This document shows positions 18,290 to 26,423 of a stretch of DNA of 64,000 bases, piece after piece. Within the stretch, counting starts at the first letter, position 1. Each line of letters begins with the position of its first letter. Below the pieces are notes generated by a model. That model worked only from the letters and a program-made list of their open reading frames with translations, was not told the origin of the DNA and made no database searches. Location of the stretch: positions 1 to 64,000 of IMG/VR virus record IMGVR_UViG_3300045961_000282, one strand, 5' to 3'. A program made the translations under genes and the position numbers.

Positions 18290-18516
18290 GGCTGCTCGAT
18301 CCGCGCCGCCGCCCAGCGCAGCGCCGCTGCGTGGGTCTCGATCTGCACCTTGGGGTGGCGCCCGCGCACGGCGAAGTTAGCCACCACGGCCTGCTCCCGC
18401 AGGTCGGTGGCGATCTGTCGGCGCAGGTGCGCCTCGGCATCCCGCAGCAGGTCGCACTGGCAATCGTCGTGCCCGCTGTGGGGCTCCTGCGGGCACATCG
18501 GGTGGTGATCAAACAT
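18286..18516 (-). CDS. modular array protein (A + D-like)
   Basis: HHPMC..DCQCDLL; DLREQ. Confidence 0.75.
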   Translation of the reverse strand: MFDHHPMCPQEPHSGHDDCQCDLLRDAEAHLRRQIATDLREQAVVANFAVRGRHPKVQIETHAAALRWAAARIEQP

Positions 18517-18772
18517 CGTCGGTCTCGGTCATCCTGAGGAACTCGGTCAGCGAATCGCGGATCTCGCGGGCCTGCTCCCGGGTCAGGTGGGCAACGGCGC
18601 GGGTCCGATCGCTGTCGATGACCCTCAACCATACGAAGGGGCCCTCGATGATCTCGCGGGGCCCGACGACCGCGACCGCGCTCGATTCCTGCACCTCGAT
18701 GGTCTCGCCGCCGGTTCCGCGCACGCGAGCGAACCCGACCAGCCCGCGGGGTCCGGTGAACGTGTCAGACAT
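18509..18772 (-). CDS. hypothetical phage protein
   Basis: VQESSA..VWL..AHLTREQA motif. Confidence 0.7.
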   Translation of the reverse strand: MSDTFTGPRGLVGFARVRGTGGETIEVQESSAVAVVGPREIIEGPFVWLRVIDSDRTRAVAHLTREQAREIRDSLTEFLRMTETDDV

Positions 18773-18962
18773 CGCTGCTCCTCGTGCGCCCCAGATGCAG
18801 GTAGGCCATGACCTCGTCGCGACGGAAGCGCCGATGCCCACCGGGCGTGACGATCACCGACAGCCTGCCGGTGTTCGCCCAGCGGGTCACCGTCTTGGGG
18901 TCGACTCCGAACATCCGAGCGACCTCGACGGGCCGCAGCAGTTCACGATCCTTGGGAATCAT
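18765..18962 (-). CDS. BldC-like MerR/Xis-type winged-HTH DNA-binding protein
   Basis: LLRPVEVARMFGVDPKTVTRWA..G.L....TPGGHRRF closely matches the actinobacterial BldC signature. Confidence 0.85.
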   Translation of the reverse strand: MIPKDRELLRPVEVARMFGVDPKTVTRWANTGRLSVIVTPGGHRRFRRDEVMAYLHLGRTRSSDV

Positions 18963-19177
18963 TTCCGGTCCTTCCGTTCAGCCTGAGCGGCTTCGAGCAG
19001 AACGCCTGCGGCAGCGTACAAGCGGTTCGCAGCCCCGGGGTGCAGGGAGCCGACGGAGTCCGCCAGCGCCTCGGCCTGCTCGGCGTAGGTGCCCAACAGC
19101 GACGCCCGCAGGCCCACATGGGCAGCGCACCAGCGCTTGTGGGCCCCCTCGCCGCGACAGCCGCCGCAGTCGCTCAC
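18959..19177 (-). CDS. hypothetical protein
   Basis: CGGC..HKRWC; coupled. Confidence 0.6.
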   Translation of the reverse strand: MSDCGGCRGEGAHKRWCAAHVGLRASLLGTYAEQAEALADSVGSLHPGAANRLYAAAGVLLEAAQAERKDRK

Positions 19178-19515
19178 AGCCACACCTCCATGCGGTTCGG
19201 CCCTCCACCGATGGGCGGGTTGAGCAGTTCCAGTACGTCCTTGATCGGGCACTCGCAGTGCCCGTAATCGCTGAGCGCCGCCGGGCAGCAGTCGGCGTGG
19301 GGCAGGTCCTCAACCTTGGCGCGCAGTTGGTCCAGCCACGCCTGCTCGGCGGACGTGGCCCGCTTCTCGGTCGGGGTCACCGCCTCCTCCTTTCCTGTCG
19401 GACTGCTCAGGGCGAAGATGCCCAGCGCGCCGATTGCCACGATGGAGCCGAATGCCACGAAGAACAGCATCGTCGCCGAGATCAGTGCGGCAATCGCCAC
19501 CGCGACCTCAGCCAC
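19174..19515 (-). CDS. TM helix fused to modular array segment (D + A-like + E-like)
   Basis: N-terminal hydrophobic helix; QLRAKVEDL; HADCC..CEC; DVLELL. Confidence 0.7.
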   Translation of the reverse strand: MAEVAVAIAALISATMLFFVAFGSIVAIGALGIFALSSPTGKEEAVTPTEKRATSAEQAWLDQLRAKVEDLPHADCCPAALSDYGHCECPIKDVLELLNPPIGGGPNRMEVWL

Positions 19516-19969
19516 GCTCAGGGTCCTCGGGCATGGGCAACAGACCCCCCTCGCGCAGGGCGACCTCGGCGGCCTTGCCGCGCATCCAGTCGGCGGCGCT
19601 GCTGGGGCCGTAGTTGCGCAGGTCGGGGATGAAGGTCGTCTTGACCGCCGCAGCGATGTCGCGGGCCGTCTCAGTGCGGACCACCTGCGCGGGCCACTTG
19701 TCGCCGGGGAACGCGCCGGTCAGCGGCCCGGCCACGCGCACCCGGTAGCACCCGGCGGCGCAGGAGTGGTGGCACGCGCCGCCGTCCGGGCAGCGGCGGG
19801 CCCTCGGGTCGCTCTCGCCCAGCACCTGCACCAGCACCGCAGGGTCGGTCAGCGTCGCCGCGACGATGGCCACGCCCAGCGGGCCGTATTCGTCACCCAG
19901 TCGCTCCAGTGCCTCAACCAGATTCGGGGACGCATTCACGTAGGTCGCATCCACCCATGAATCACTCAT
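19508..19969 (-). CDS. hypothetical protein
   Basis: MSDSWVD; CPDGGACHHSC motif. Confidence 0.7.
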   Translation of the reverse strand: MSDSWVDATYVNASPNLVEALERLGDEYGPLGVAIVAATLTDPAVLVQVLGESDPRARRCPDGGACHHSCAAGCYRVRVAGPLTGAFPGDKWPAQVVRTETARDIAAAVKTTFIPDLRNYGPSSAADWMRGKAAEVALREGGLLPMPEDPERG

Positions 19970-20123
19970 AGCCCGCCTCCGTGAAGATCTTCCACTCGCC
20001 CGCCGCGTAGCCGAGGATCGCGACCCCGCCCTTGATGAACAGCAGCGCCCCGTCGACGATGGCTGCCGAGTCGGCGCCGACATCCTCCATCTCGCCGTTG
20101 GCAACCGTGACGATCCACCTCAC
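19962..20123 (-). CDS. small beta-rich hypothetical protein
   Basis: GTGA overlap; YAAGEW motif. Confidence 0.6.
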   Translation of the reverse strand: MRWIVTVANGEMEDVGADSAAIVDGALLFIKGGVAILGYAAGEWKIFTEAGYE

Positions 20124-20350
20124 AGATCCTCCAGCAGTTCGAGCACGTCGGACTTCCACACCAGCGGCGACGGGTCATGGTCGGTCAGCGCGAAGGCGGC
20201 GGCGGGCAGCCCCGCGACCTGCTCGCGCAGGCGCGCCGCGAACCGACGGGTCAGTTCCTTGTCGATGCTGCGGATCGTGGTGCACTCGCACCACGAATCC
20301 CCGAGCCGATGGCTGGCCACTGGGCACAGGGGATGGTGCCCCTCAGCCAT
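20120..20350 (-). CDS. modular array protein (A+D-like+E-like)
   Basis: HHPLC..WCEC; RLREQVAGL; SDVLELLE. Confidence 0.75.
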   Translation of the reverse strand: MAEGHHPLCPVASHRLGDSWCECTTIRSIDKELTRRFAARLREQVAGLPAAAFALTDHDPSPLVWKSDVLELLEDL

Positions 20351-20702
20351 CAGTGCCCCCCATCAGTGCCGCAGCCGCCTCCACATGCCTGCCGACGCGG
20401 GCGCTCAGCACCTCGGTCAGTAGCGCCGCCGCATCGGCCCGCGCCAGCCGGGCGATCAGGATGTCGCGGTTGGTCAGCGACGCCGCGGCAAGGGCCACGT
20501 TCTGTGAACCATACGTCTGCCCGAGCATCTGCAGCGCCGACAGCAACTCCGGTTCCGCGGCTCTGGTTCCGGTGTCCAGCGGCTCCAGTGTCGTCAACAG
20601 GGCGGCGGCAAGGTGCCGGGCGACCGAGCGCGATTCCGACGGCAGCACCATCGGCCATGCGTCGGATTCGATGCGCTCCAGTTCTGCGCGGATGTCGGTC
20701 AT
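20343..20702 (-). CDS. hypothetical protein
   Basis: ALQMLGQTYG..NVALAAA.LT resembles ALERLGDEYG..GVAIVAATLT in 19508-19969. Confidence 0.65.
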   Translation of the reverse strand: MTDIRAELERIESDAWPMVLPSESRSVARHLAAALLTTLEPLDTGTRAAEPELLSALQMLGQTYGSQNVALAAASLTNRDILIARLARADAAALLTEVLSARVGRHVEAAAALMGGTDG

Positions 20703-21001
20703 CTCGGCTGCACCTCACTGATCCGTACACATACGGTCGTCCCACCACCGATGCTGGTCCATGAACCACCCGCAGCAAGACAGGCCATCTCCTGTTCGTG
20801 GTCGCGGACCATGGAGCGCTCGACGACGAACGTGATCGACCCAAGAGCGATGGCCACGATAAAGCAGACCACCACTCCGATCGTGATGTTCCTGACGCGC
20901 TCGGTGATCTGCTCGCGACGGGCCTGCTCCTCGGCGTTCTTCTCGCGCATCAAGCGAAACTCATGGTCCCGCTCGGCGGAGATCCAGTCGCTGTCATTCA
21001 C
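20699..21001 (-). CDS. single-pass membrane protein
   Basis: TM helix; CLAAGGSW..C motif. Confidence 0.7.
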   Translation of the reverse strand: MNDSDWISAERDHEFRLMREKNAEEQARREQITERVRNITIGVVVCFIVAIALGSITFVVERSMVRDHEQEMACLAAGGSWTSIGGGTTVCVRISEVQPR

Positions 21002-21411
21002 AGTCGGAATCCTCCGTTGGCGGGGACGCCGAACACGGCCGACATCAGCGTGGTCAGGCTGCCGGTCCAGCGCAGCATCACGTCGGTGTACTTCCCGCAC
21101 GCGCACGACGCAGGGTAGACGTTCAGGCCGACCTCATCCTCGTTGCCCGTGAAGGTGTCAGCGAACTGCGAGTAGGTGACTTCGTGAACCTCGGCGCCGG
21201 GCGCGATGATCCAGCGGCACGGCTCGACATCCTTGTCGTAGGGGCGCATGTGCTCCGATGCGTCCCAGTCCTGCCACCCGTAGACGGACACCGCCGCCCA
21301 GCGCCACGGCTCACCGTCGACCCATCCGGTGACCTTGACCTTCTTGGCCGACCGGGCAAGGAACTCCCGAATCCGGATCGCCTGATCCTCGGGCAACGTC
21401 AACTCACTCAT
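20998..21411 (-). CDS. hypothetical protein
   Basis: Coupled ORF; SCACG. Confidence 0.7.
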   Translation of the reverse strand: MSELTLPEDQAIRIREFLARSAKKVKVTGWVDGEPWRWAAVSVYGWQDWDASEHMRPYDKDVEPCRWIIAPGAEVHEVTYSQFADTFTGNEDEVGLNVYPASCACGKYTDVMLRWTGSLTTLMSAVFGVPANGGFRL

Positions 21412-21725
21412 GATCCATCTCCGATGACGTCGAGCACTTCCTTCATCCCCTGTGCACGAATGTGCCCGATGGTCCGCATCACGTACTGGCCCTCGCGGCC
21501 CTCGCGATCGGCCTCGGCGCTGGTGGTGTCCATCAACGCCGTGACCCGCCTCCGCAGGGCCTCGCGCTCACCCGAGACCGCGCGGTCGATCAGGGCGCAC
21601 TGGCACTTGACCCCGCAGCGGCAGTCCCCGGCCTTGCCGCGGTCGTGCCACTTGCTCGTGCCGCCCACGGTGATGCACTTCTCGTCGGCCATGACGGGGC
21701 ACAGCGCGCGGTGCTTGTCAGCCAT
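21408..21725 (-). CDS. modular array protein (A+D-like+E-like)
   Basis: HRALC..CQCALIDR..ERE; ALRRRVTAL; EVLDVI. Confidence 0.75.
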   Translation of the reverse strand: MADKHRALCPVMADEKCITVGGTSKWHDRGKAGDCRCGVKCQCALIDRAVSGEREALRRRVTALMDTTSAEADREGREGQYVMRTIGHIRAQGMKEVLDVIGDGS

Positions 21726-21990
21726 TGGCAGTCCTCCAGACCATGAACACGGCGAACCCGAGGACGGCCCAGAATCCGATGGAGATCAGAAATCCGAAGG
21801 CCATTCCCCGGTGCAACAGGTTCCTCATGTGTGCGGGGCAGATCGCCTCGCCGTTCACCACGCGCCACCCGGCCACCCGTTCGAGGTAGCGCAGCGCCTT
21901 GACGTGGCCAGACTCCGCGTCCTTGACCCGGAAACTCTGGACCGCATGGCACACCGAGCACTGGACCTCGATGACTGCAGATTCAGCCAC
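21718..21990 (-). CDS. zinc-motif membrane protein
   Basis: CSVC..GW..CPAH plus C-terminal TM. Confidence 0.65.
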   Translation of the reverse strand: MAESAVIEVQCSVCHAVQSFRVKDAESGHVKALRYLERVAGWRVVNGEAICPAHMRNLLHRGMAFGFLISIGFWAVLGFAVFMVWRTANG

Positions 21991-22219
21991 GGTTCACTCC
22001 AATCTCGGACTCCATCAGGACGGGGCGGTTCTTTGCGTCGGACAGCGCCATCTCGAGGGCGACGACGACCCCGTCCGGGCCGTCGTCAGAGGCGAAGTCG
22101 GTGGGGTCGGCGGTCATCGCTACGGGACGACCGGCGTCGTCGTAGTAGACCTCATGCAGCGCCCACATCGGACCATCCTTGGTCTCGGTGCGGACGATCC
22201 GGTAGTTCCATGTGCTCAC
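21983..22219 (-). CDS. conserved-type phage protein
   Basis: TWNYRIV..LHEVYYD..G.P motif. Confidence 0.7.
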   Translation of the reverse strand: MSTWNYRIVRTETKDGPMWALHEVYYDDAGRPVAMTADPTDFASDDGPDGVVVALEMALSDAKNRPVLMESEIGVNRG

Positions 22220-22256
22220 GCTTGCCCCGCCCTTCCCCCCATGCTTGTGGTGTTGC

Positions 22257-22268
22257 AAGCATAGCACG
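22257..22268 (-). promoter_or_regulatory. extended -10 promoter CGTGCTATGCTT
   Basis: Same 12-mer as 16890-16901, intergenic. Confidence 0.65.
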
Positions 22269-22271
22269 CGG

Positions 22272-22610
22272 CTAGCGGTTGTCCCCTGATCCCTTGATCA
22301 CGCCACGCGCGGCGCGCCACGCCAGTTTCTCGATGTTGTCGGCCGCGATGTCATCCAACGACAGGTTCAACTCCCGCGCCAGCATGGCGACGTACCACAG
22401 CACATCCCCAAGTTCACCCGCGACGGCCTCGCGGACCTCGGGGGTGACGATCCCGTCGTCGTCGCGCAGGACCTTCTTCAGTTTGCCCTGAACCTCGCCA
22501 GTTTCGCCCAGCCCCAGCCCGAGGTAGGACAGGGCCCGCAGCGAGCCCGTCCCCGCGTCAGGGTAGATCGCTGTCGTCGCAGCGCGATCCTGATATTCAT
22601 TCATGTCCAT
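22272..22610 (-). CDS. MazG-like nucleoside triphosphate pyrophosphohydrolase
   Basis: EYQ..A..TAIY, GETGEV, ELGDVLWY, NIEKL..R..RG...GSGDNR. Confidence 0.9.
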   Translation of the reverse strand: MDMNEYQDRAATTAIYPDAGTGSLRALSYLGLGLGETGEVQGKLKKVLRDDDGIVTPEVREAVAGELGDVLWYVAMLARELNLSLDDIAADNIEKLAWRAARGVIKGSGDNR

Positions 22611-22613
22611 GTG

Positions 22614-22829
22614 TCATCGCTTCTTTCTGATTTCGAGTTCTGAGCGTTCCATTTCGCCCGTGAACACTTTTGCGTTCAAATGACCGAGATGCCAATAGTC
22701 GCCGCAGGCGTACGCCGCGAGGTGGGCGCCGCGATGCACGGTCCTTGCCGCCGCCTTCGCTTCGCGCTTGGACAGGTACCGCCGCTTCCCGCACTCAGGG
22801 CAGCGGCCGACATGGCTCAGGGAACCCAC
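22614..22829 (-). CDS. small zinc-binding protein
   Basis: CGKRRY.SKREAK..YAC..WHL; start uncertain. Confidence 0.6.
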   Translation of the reverse strand: MGSLSHVGRCPECGKRRYLSKREAKAAARTVHRGAHLAAYACGDYWHLGHLNAKVFTGEMERSELEIRKKR

Positions 22830-23188
22830 TTGTCCACCGCTTGGATGCAATCGGCCACTGCCAGTTCCCACAGCATCCCCGGCGGCTTGGGCAGGTTGGC
22901 CGTCTGGCCCCGCCCGGCGTACTTGTACCAGCGCAGCACGAAGCCCGCGGCCCCGTAGACGAACTGTGGCGGGCAGCCCTCCGGGTGCACGTCGCCCTCG
23001 CACCAGCAGTAGGGGCGCATCTGGAACGTCCCACAGACGAACTCGTCCCCGCCGCTGTTCTGCACCAGCGCGTTGGCGTCGCCGCGCTTCGCCGCGATGG
23101 CGTCCGCGATGACGTACAGCCCCTCGGTGGCCCAGTTCGCCTCGTACTGCATCACTTCGTCGCCCCGTGCCATCTGACCAAGTTCCAT
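22817..23188 (-). CDS. hypothetical phage protein
   Basis: F.MRPYCWC..WYKY.GRG motif. Confidence 0.7.
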   Translation of the reverse strand: MELGQMARGDEVMQYEANWATEGLYVIADAIAAKRGDANALVQNSGGDEFVCGTFQMRPYCWCEGDVHPEGCPPQFVYGAAGFVLRWYKYAGRGQTANLPKPPGMLWELAVADCIQAVDKWVP

Positions 23189-23219
23189 CGTCGCTCGCTC
23201 TCGTGTCGTTGTGCCGTGC

Positions 23220-23399
23220 TCAGTTGCCTATGTAGACCTCGGCGCAGCCGTTGCAGGTGTACCGGGAGCCCTTGCGGGTGAACACGTTAGCCCCGCAGCG
23301 GCACCGGAACGACTTGCCGTTGATCCGCGGCATCACCTGCTCGCGGGGGCGCTTCGCGTGGCGCGCGGCCGTGCGGCGGACCCGCTCAAGGGCGGTCAT
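23220..23399 (-). CDS. small zinc-ribbon protein (59 aa, below cutoff)
   Basis: FRCRCGANVF..YTCNGC. Confidence 0.6.
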   Translation of the reverse strand: MTALERVRRTAARHAKRPREQVMPRINGKSFRCRCGANVFTRKGSRYTCNGCAEVYIGN

Positions 23400-23562
23400 G
23401 ATCCACCCGCTCCATGCGGCGCGACGGGCAGTATTCGTTCGGACAGCGCTCGACCTCCCAGCGCTCGTTGCCCCACCAGCGCCCGCCGGGCTTCCACGGC
23501 TGCCACGGCACGAACTCCCCGCAGCACAGCATCTGGAACAGGCCCTGCTTCGGGTCAGCCAT
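23386..23562 (-). CDS. small Cys protein
   Basis: CCG..CPNEYC. Confidence 0.55.
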   Translation of the reverse strand: MADPKQGLFQMLCCGEFVPWQPWKPGGRWWGNERWEVERCPNEYCPSRRMERVDHDRP

Positions 23563-24151
23563 CCCCATCTTGGTCCCCCAGCATCTGCATGATCAGCGGA
23601 GCCTCCCCGTCACCGACCGCCGTGGCCGCCTCGTCGGCGCCCATGAAGAACGCGTCGCCCTGATTGAACCGCACCGCGCCCTCCCAGACCGAATCGGCAA
23701 GGATCGCGTGCGGCTCGTGCCAGTCCTGATCAAGGCGCTCGACGACCATCTGACGCAGGAACGCAAGGCTCTCGTCGGTCACGCCGAGCCACTGGTAGTC
23801 CTCGGGCTTGACCTCGACCTCGTCGCTCTGACGCTCCGAGAATCCGTAGACCCCGCAGCCCACCATCATGTCGGCGCCGGGGTTCCACTCGTAGCCGCTC
23901 CACACCATGACGTACACGCCGTTCTGCGGGCCGCGCTGGGCGAGGATGCACACGTCGCGGTAGTTCACCTCGCCGTGCTGGATCTCCATGATCACGGGCT
24001 CGGTGTACCGGCCCTCGCGCCACGCCTCCGGGTCACGCACGTAGAGCCAGTTCTTGTAGATCTCGACCGTGACCCCCAGCGGACTGGTGAACGCCCCGTT
24101 GCAGGGCCCCTCTGCGGTCAGGGCAAGCGTGTCCCAGTTGGACAGAGCCAT
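23555..24151 (-). CDS. hypothetical protein
   Basis: MALSNWDTL, RBS upstream, promoter-like TGATAGGGT at ~24180. Confidence 0.75.
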   Translation of the reverse strand: MALSNWDTLALTAEGPCNGAFTSPLGVTVEIYKNWLYVRDPEAWREGRYTEPVIMEIQHGEVNYRDVCILAQRGPQNGVYVMVWSGYEWNPGADMMVGCGVYGFSERQSDEVEVKPEDYQWLGVTDESLAFLRQMVVERLDQDWHEPHAILADSVWEGAVRFNQGDAFFMGADEAATAVGDGEAPLIMQMLGDQDGDG

Positions 24152-24236
24152 GGCGATTTCCCTTCGTTGTGATATGCGAACCCTATCATGACGAAGTTCC
24201 CTGCCCAGCCGTGCGAGATGTGGCATGCTAACCCGC

Positions 24237-24578
24237 ATGGCTGCCCCCACCGGACTGACCTCGATCCGCCTGCGACTGTTCCCCAGCCGGGTCCACATGC
24301 CCGATGGCACGGTCCACGACACCGTCCTGACGCTGGTCGGGCTGGATCGGGTGTGGTTCTACACCGAAACCGGGCACCTGATCGGTGAGCACATGCTCGA
24401 CGACCTGTGGGGCAACCAGCAGCAGGGCTACGGGCTTCTGGTCAACGGGCAGGAAATACAGGTCAAGCGCGGCGGCGGATGCGGCTGTGGTTCGCGGTTC
24501 CGAAGCACCTCGACCAATCCGTTCCCCGTCCGCATGACCATGTCGCCGATCCCCAAGACTCGCCGGGTCGGTGTCTGA
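24237..24578 (+). CDS. hypothetical protein
   Basis: GCGCGS motif; divergent from 24151. Confidence 0.65.
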   Translation: MAAPTGLTSIRLRLFPSRVHMPDGTVHDTVLTLVGLDRVWFYTETGHLIGEHMLDDLWGNQQQGYGLLVNGQEIQVKRGGGCGCGSRFRSTSTNPFPVRMTMSPIPKTRRVGV

Positions 24579-24596
24579 TGTCGCCCAAAGGGGAAC

Positions 24597-24941
24597 CTGT
24601 CGCGCACTGAGCGCGCGTGGCTGGCGCTGGCGATGAAGGTCGCCGGGCGCTCGGAGGCGGTGCAGCGGCACGGCTGCGTACTGGTCCGCGGTGGACGGGT
24701 GATCGGCATCGGGATCAACCGCTACGTCAACCAGCCCTATCTGGTGTCGCCTGAGCACGCCAAGGCCCACTGCTCCGTACACGCCGAAGTCGCCGCCCTG
24801 CGTGCCGCCGGAACTGCCGCGCGCGCGACGGCCTACGTCGCACGGGTCAACCCTCGCGGCGAGCCGATGCTGTCCGCCCCCTGTCCGGCGTGCGCCGCGT
24901 CGCTTGCGGCGGCGGGGGTTCGACGGGTTGTGCACACCTGA
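24597..24941 (+). CDS. zinc-dependent cytidine/dCMP deaminase-family protein
   Basis: HGCVL, G.N, HAE, PCPAC motifs; true start unclear (first ATG 24633). Confidence 0.85.
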   Translation: MSRTERAWLALAMKVAGRSEAVQRHGCVLVRGGRVIGIGINRYVNQPYLVSPEHAKAHCSVHAEVAALRAAGTAARATAYVARVNPRGEPMLSAPCPACAASLAAAGVRRVVHT

Positions 24942-24960
24942 GCCCTGCTATCGTCGTGTG

Positions 24961-26415
24961 ATGCCTCACACATCCCGGCTTCTGCGCCGCATCGGCATGA
25001 CCGTAGCAATCGTGCTCACAGCAGGGCTGGCCGCCGGGCCGCCTGCGCTGGCTGACACTTCGCCCACGGTGGTGTCGATCACCTTCGACGACGGTTACGC
25101 CAATACCGCCCAAGGGCTCGACGCGATGACTGCGCGCGGACTCAAGGGGACCATCTACGTCAACAGCCAGCGGGTCGGGTACAACTCCCTGTTCCTGACC
25201 CGCAACCAGTTGAGGACCTACCAGCAGAACGGGTTCGAGATCGGCGGGCACTCGCTGAACCATGAGGACCTGAGCGCCCTGTCGCTCGATGCGGCCACGG
25301 CCAACGTGTGCGCCGACCGCAGCAACCTGATGGATCTGGGGCTTCGGGTGACTTCCTTCGCCTACCCGTTCGGTGCGAATACTGCCGAGACCCAGCAGGC
25401 GGTCAAGGCGTGCGGATACAACTCGGCGCGGTTGATCTCCGACCTCAGGTCGCCGACCAGTTGCTTGCGCTGCTCTCCCGCCGAAGCGATCCCCCCGGTG
25501 AAACCGTATGCGATCCGCACCCCTGCCTCGATTCGTGCCGCGTTCACCCTCGATGACGTCAAGGGTATGGTTACGCAGGCCGAGACCGGCGGCGGTGGCT
25601 GGGTCCCGCTGGTGTTCCACCAGATCTGCGACGGATGCAGCACCAACGCCATCACCCCCACGGACTTTGTCGCGTTCCTCGACTGGCTCAAGGAGCGCCC
25701 CGAGAGCACCGTGGTCAAGACGGTCGATCAGGTGATCGGTGGATCCCTGCAGCCCGAGCCCATCGACCCCGAGCCGGTGCCCGAGGAGGACGCGGTCATC
25801 ATCGGCTCGCAGAGCCGGACCATCGACGGGATCAACTCGGCACGCACCACCAACGCCCTGATCCTGTACACCCGCGTGCGGGGCACCACCACCGGGACGA
25901 ACTCCTATGGCACTGAGGTTGCCGTGGTGAACAACGTGGTGACCAAGGTTGAGAACAACATCGGCAACATGGCAATCCCGACCGGCGGCGTAGTGCTGTC
26001 CGGGCACGGCACGTCGGCCACGTGGTTGAAGAACTACGCCAAGGTCGGGGTCACTGTGCAGTTGACGGACTCCACCACCCTGCCGCCCCCGCCGCCTCCC
26101 GTTGTGACACCGACGACGCAGGTCACCATCGGGGCCGCGACTCGCGCGATCGATGGGGTAGACGTTGCCCGCAAGGCCAACTTCCTCGTGATCTACACCA
26201 GCAAAACCGGATCGAGCACTGGCACCAATCAGTATGGTTTCGAGGCGGCCGTGGTCGATGGCGTCATCACCAAGATCGATGGCGTCATCACCAAGATCGA
26301 GAACGGCGTCGGCAACATGGACATCCCGGCGAACGGATACGTCCTGTCCGGGCACGGAACGGCACGCACGTGGCTGTTGGCCAATGCCACCGTGGGCGCC
26401 ACGGTCACCGGCTGA
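24961..26415 (+). CDS. secreted polysaccharide deacetylase (CE4/NodB) with two C-terminal beta repeats
   Basis: Signal peptide; TFDDG, HSLNH, FAYPFG, LVFH; repeated GTN.YG.E..V..GNM.IP..G.VLSGHG. Confidence 0.9.
   Translation: MPHTSRLLRRIGMTVAIVLTAGLAAGPPALADTSPTVVSITFDDGYANTAQGLDAMTARGLKGTIYVNSQRVGYNSLFLTRNQLRTYQQNGFEIGGHSLNHEDLSALSLDAATANVCADRSNLMDLGLRVTSFAYPFGANTAETQQAVKACGYNSARLISDLRSPTSCLRCSPAEAIPPVKPYAIRTPASIRAAFTLDDVKGMVTQAETGGGGWVPLVFHQICDGCSTNAITPTDFVAFLDWLKERPESTVVKTVDQVIGGSLQPEPIDPEPVPEEDAVIIGSQSRTIDGINSARTTNALILYTRVRGTTTGTNSYGTEVAVVNNVVTKVENNIGNMAIPTGGVVLSGHGTSATWLKNYAKVGVTVQLTDSTTLPPPPPPVVTPTTQVTIGAATRAIDGVDVARKANFLVIYTSKTGSSTGTNQYGFEAAVVDGVITKIDGVITKIENGVGNMDIPANGYVLSGHGTARTWLLANATVGATVTG
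26257..26298 (+). repeat. 21-bp in-frame tandem duplication
   Basis: GATGGCGTCATCACCAAGATC x2 (DGVITKI x2). Confidence 0.9.
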
Positions 26416-26423
26416 CTCAACAG

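Noticed and set aside
18765-18962. Excisionase indicating a prophage boundary
   Set aside because: No integrase, att site or host genes nearby; the sequence fits BldC better.
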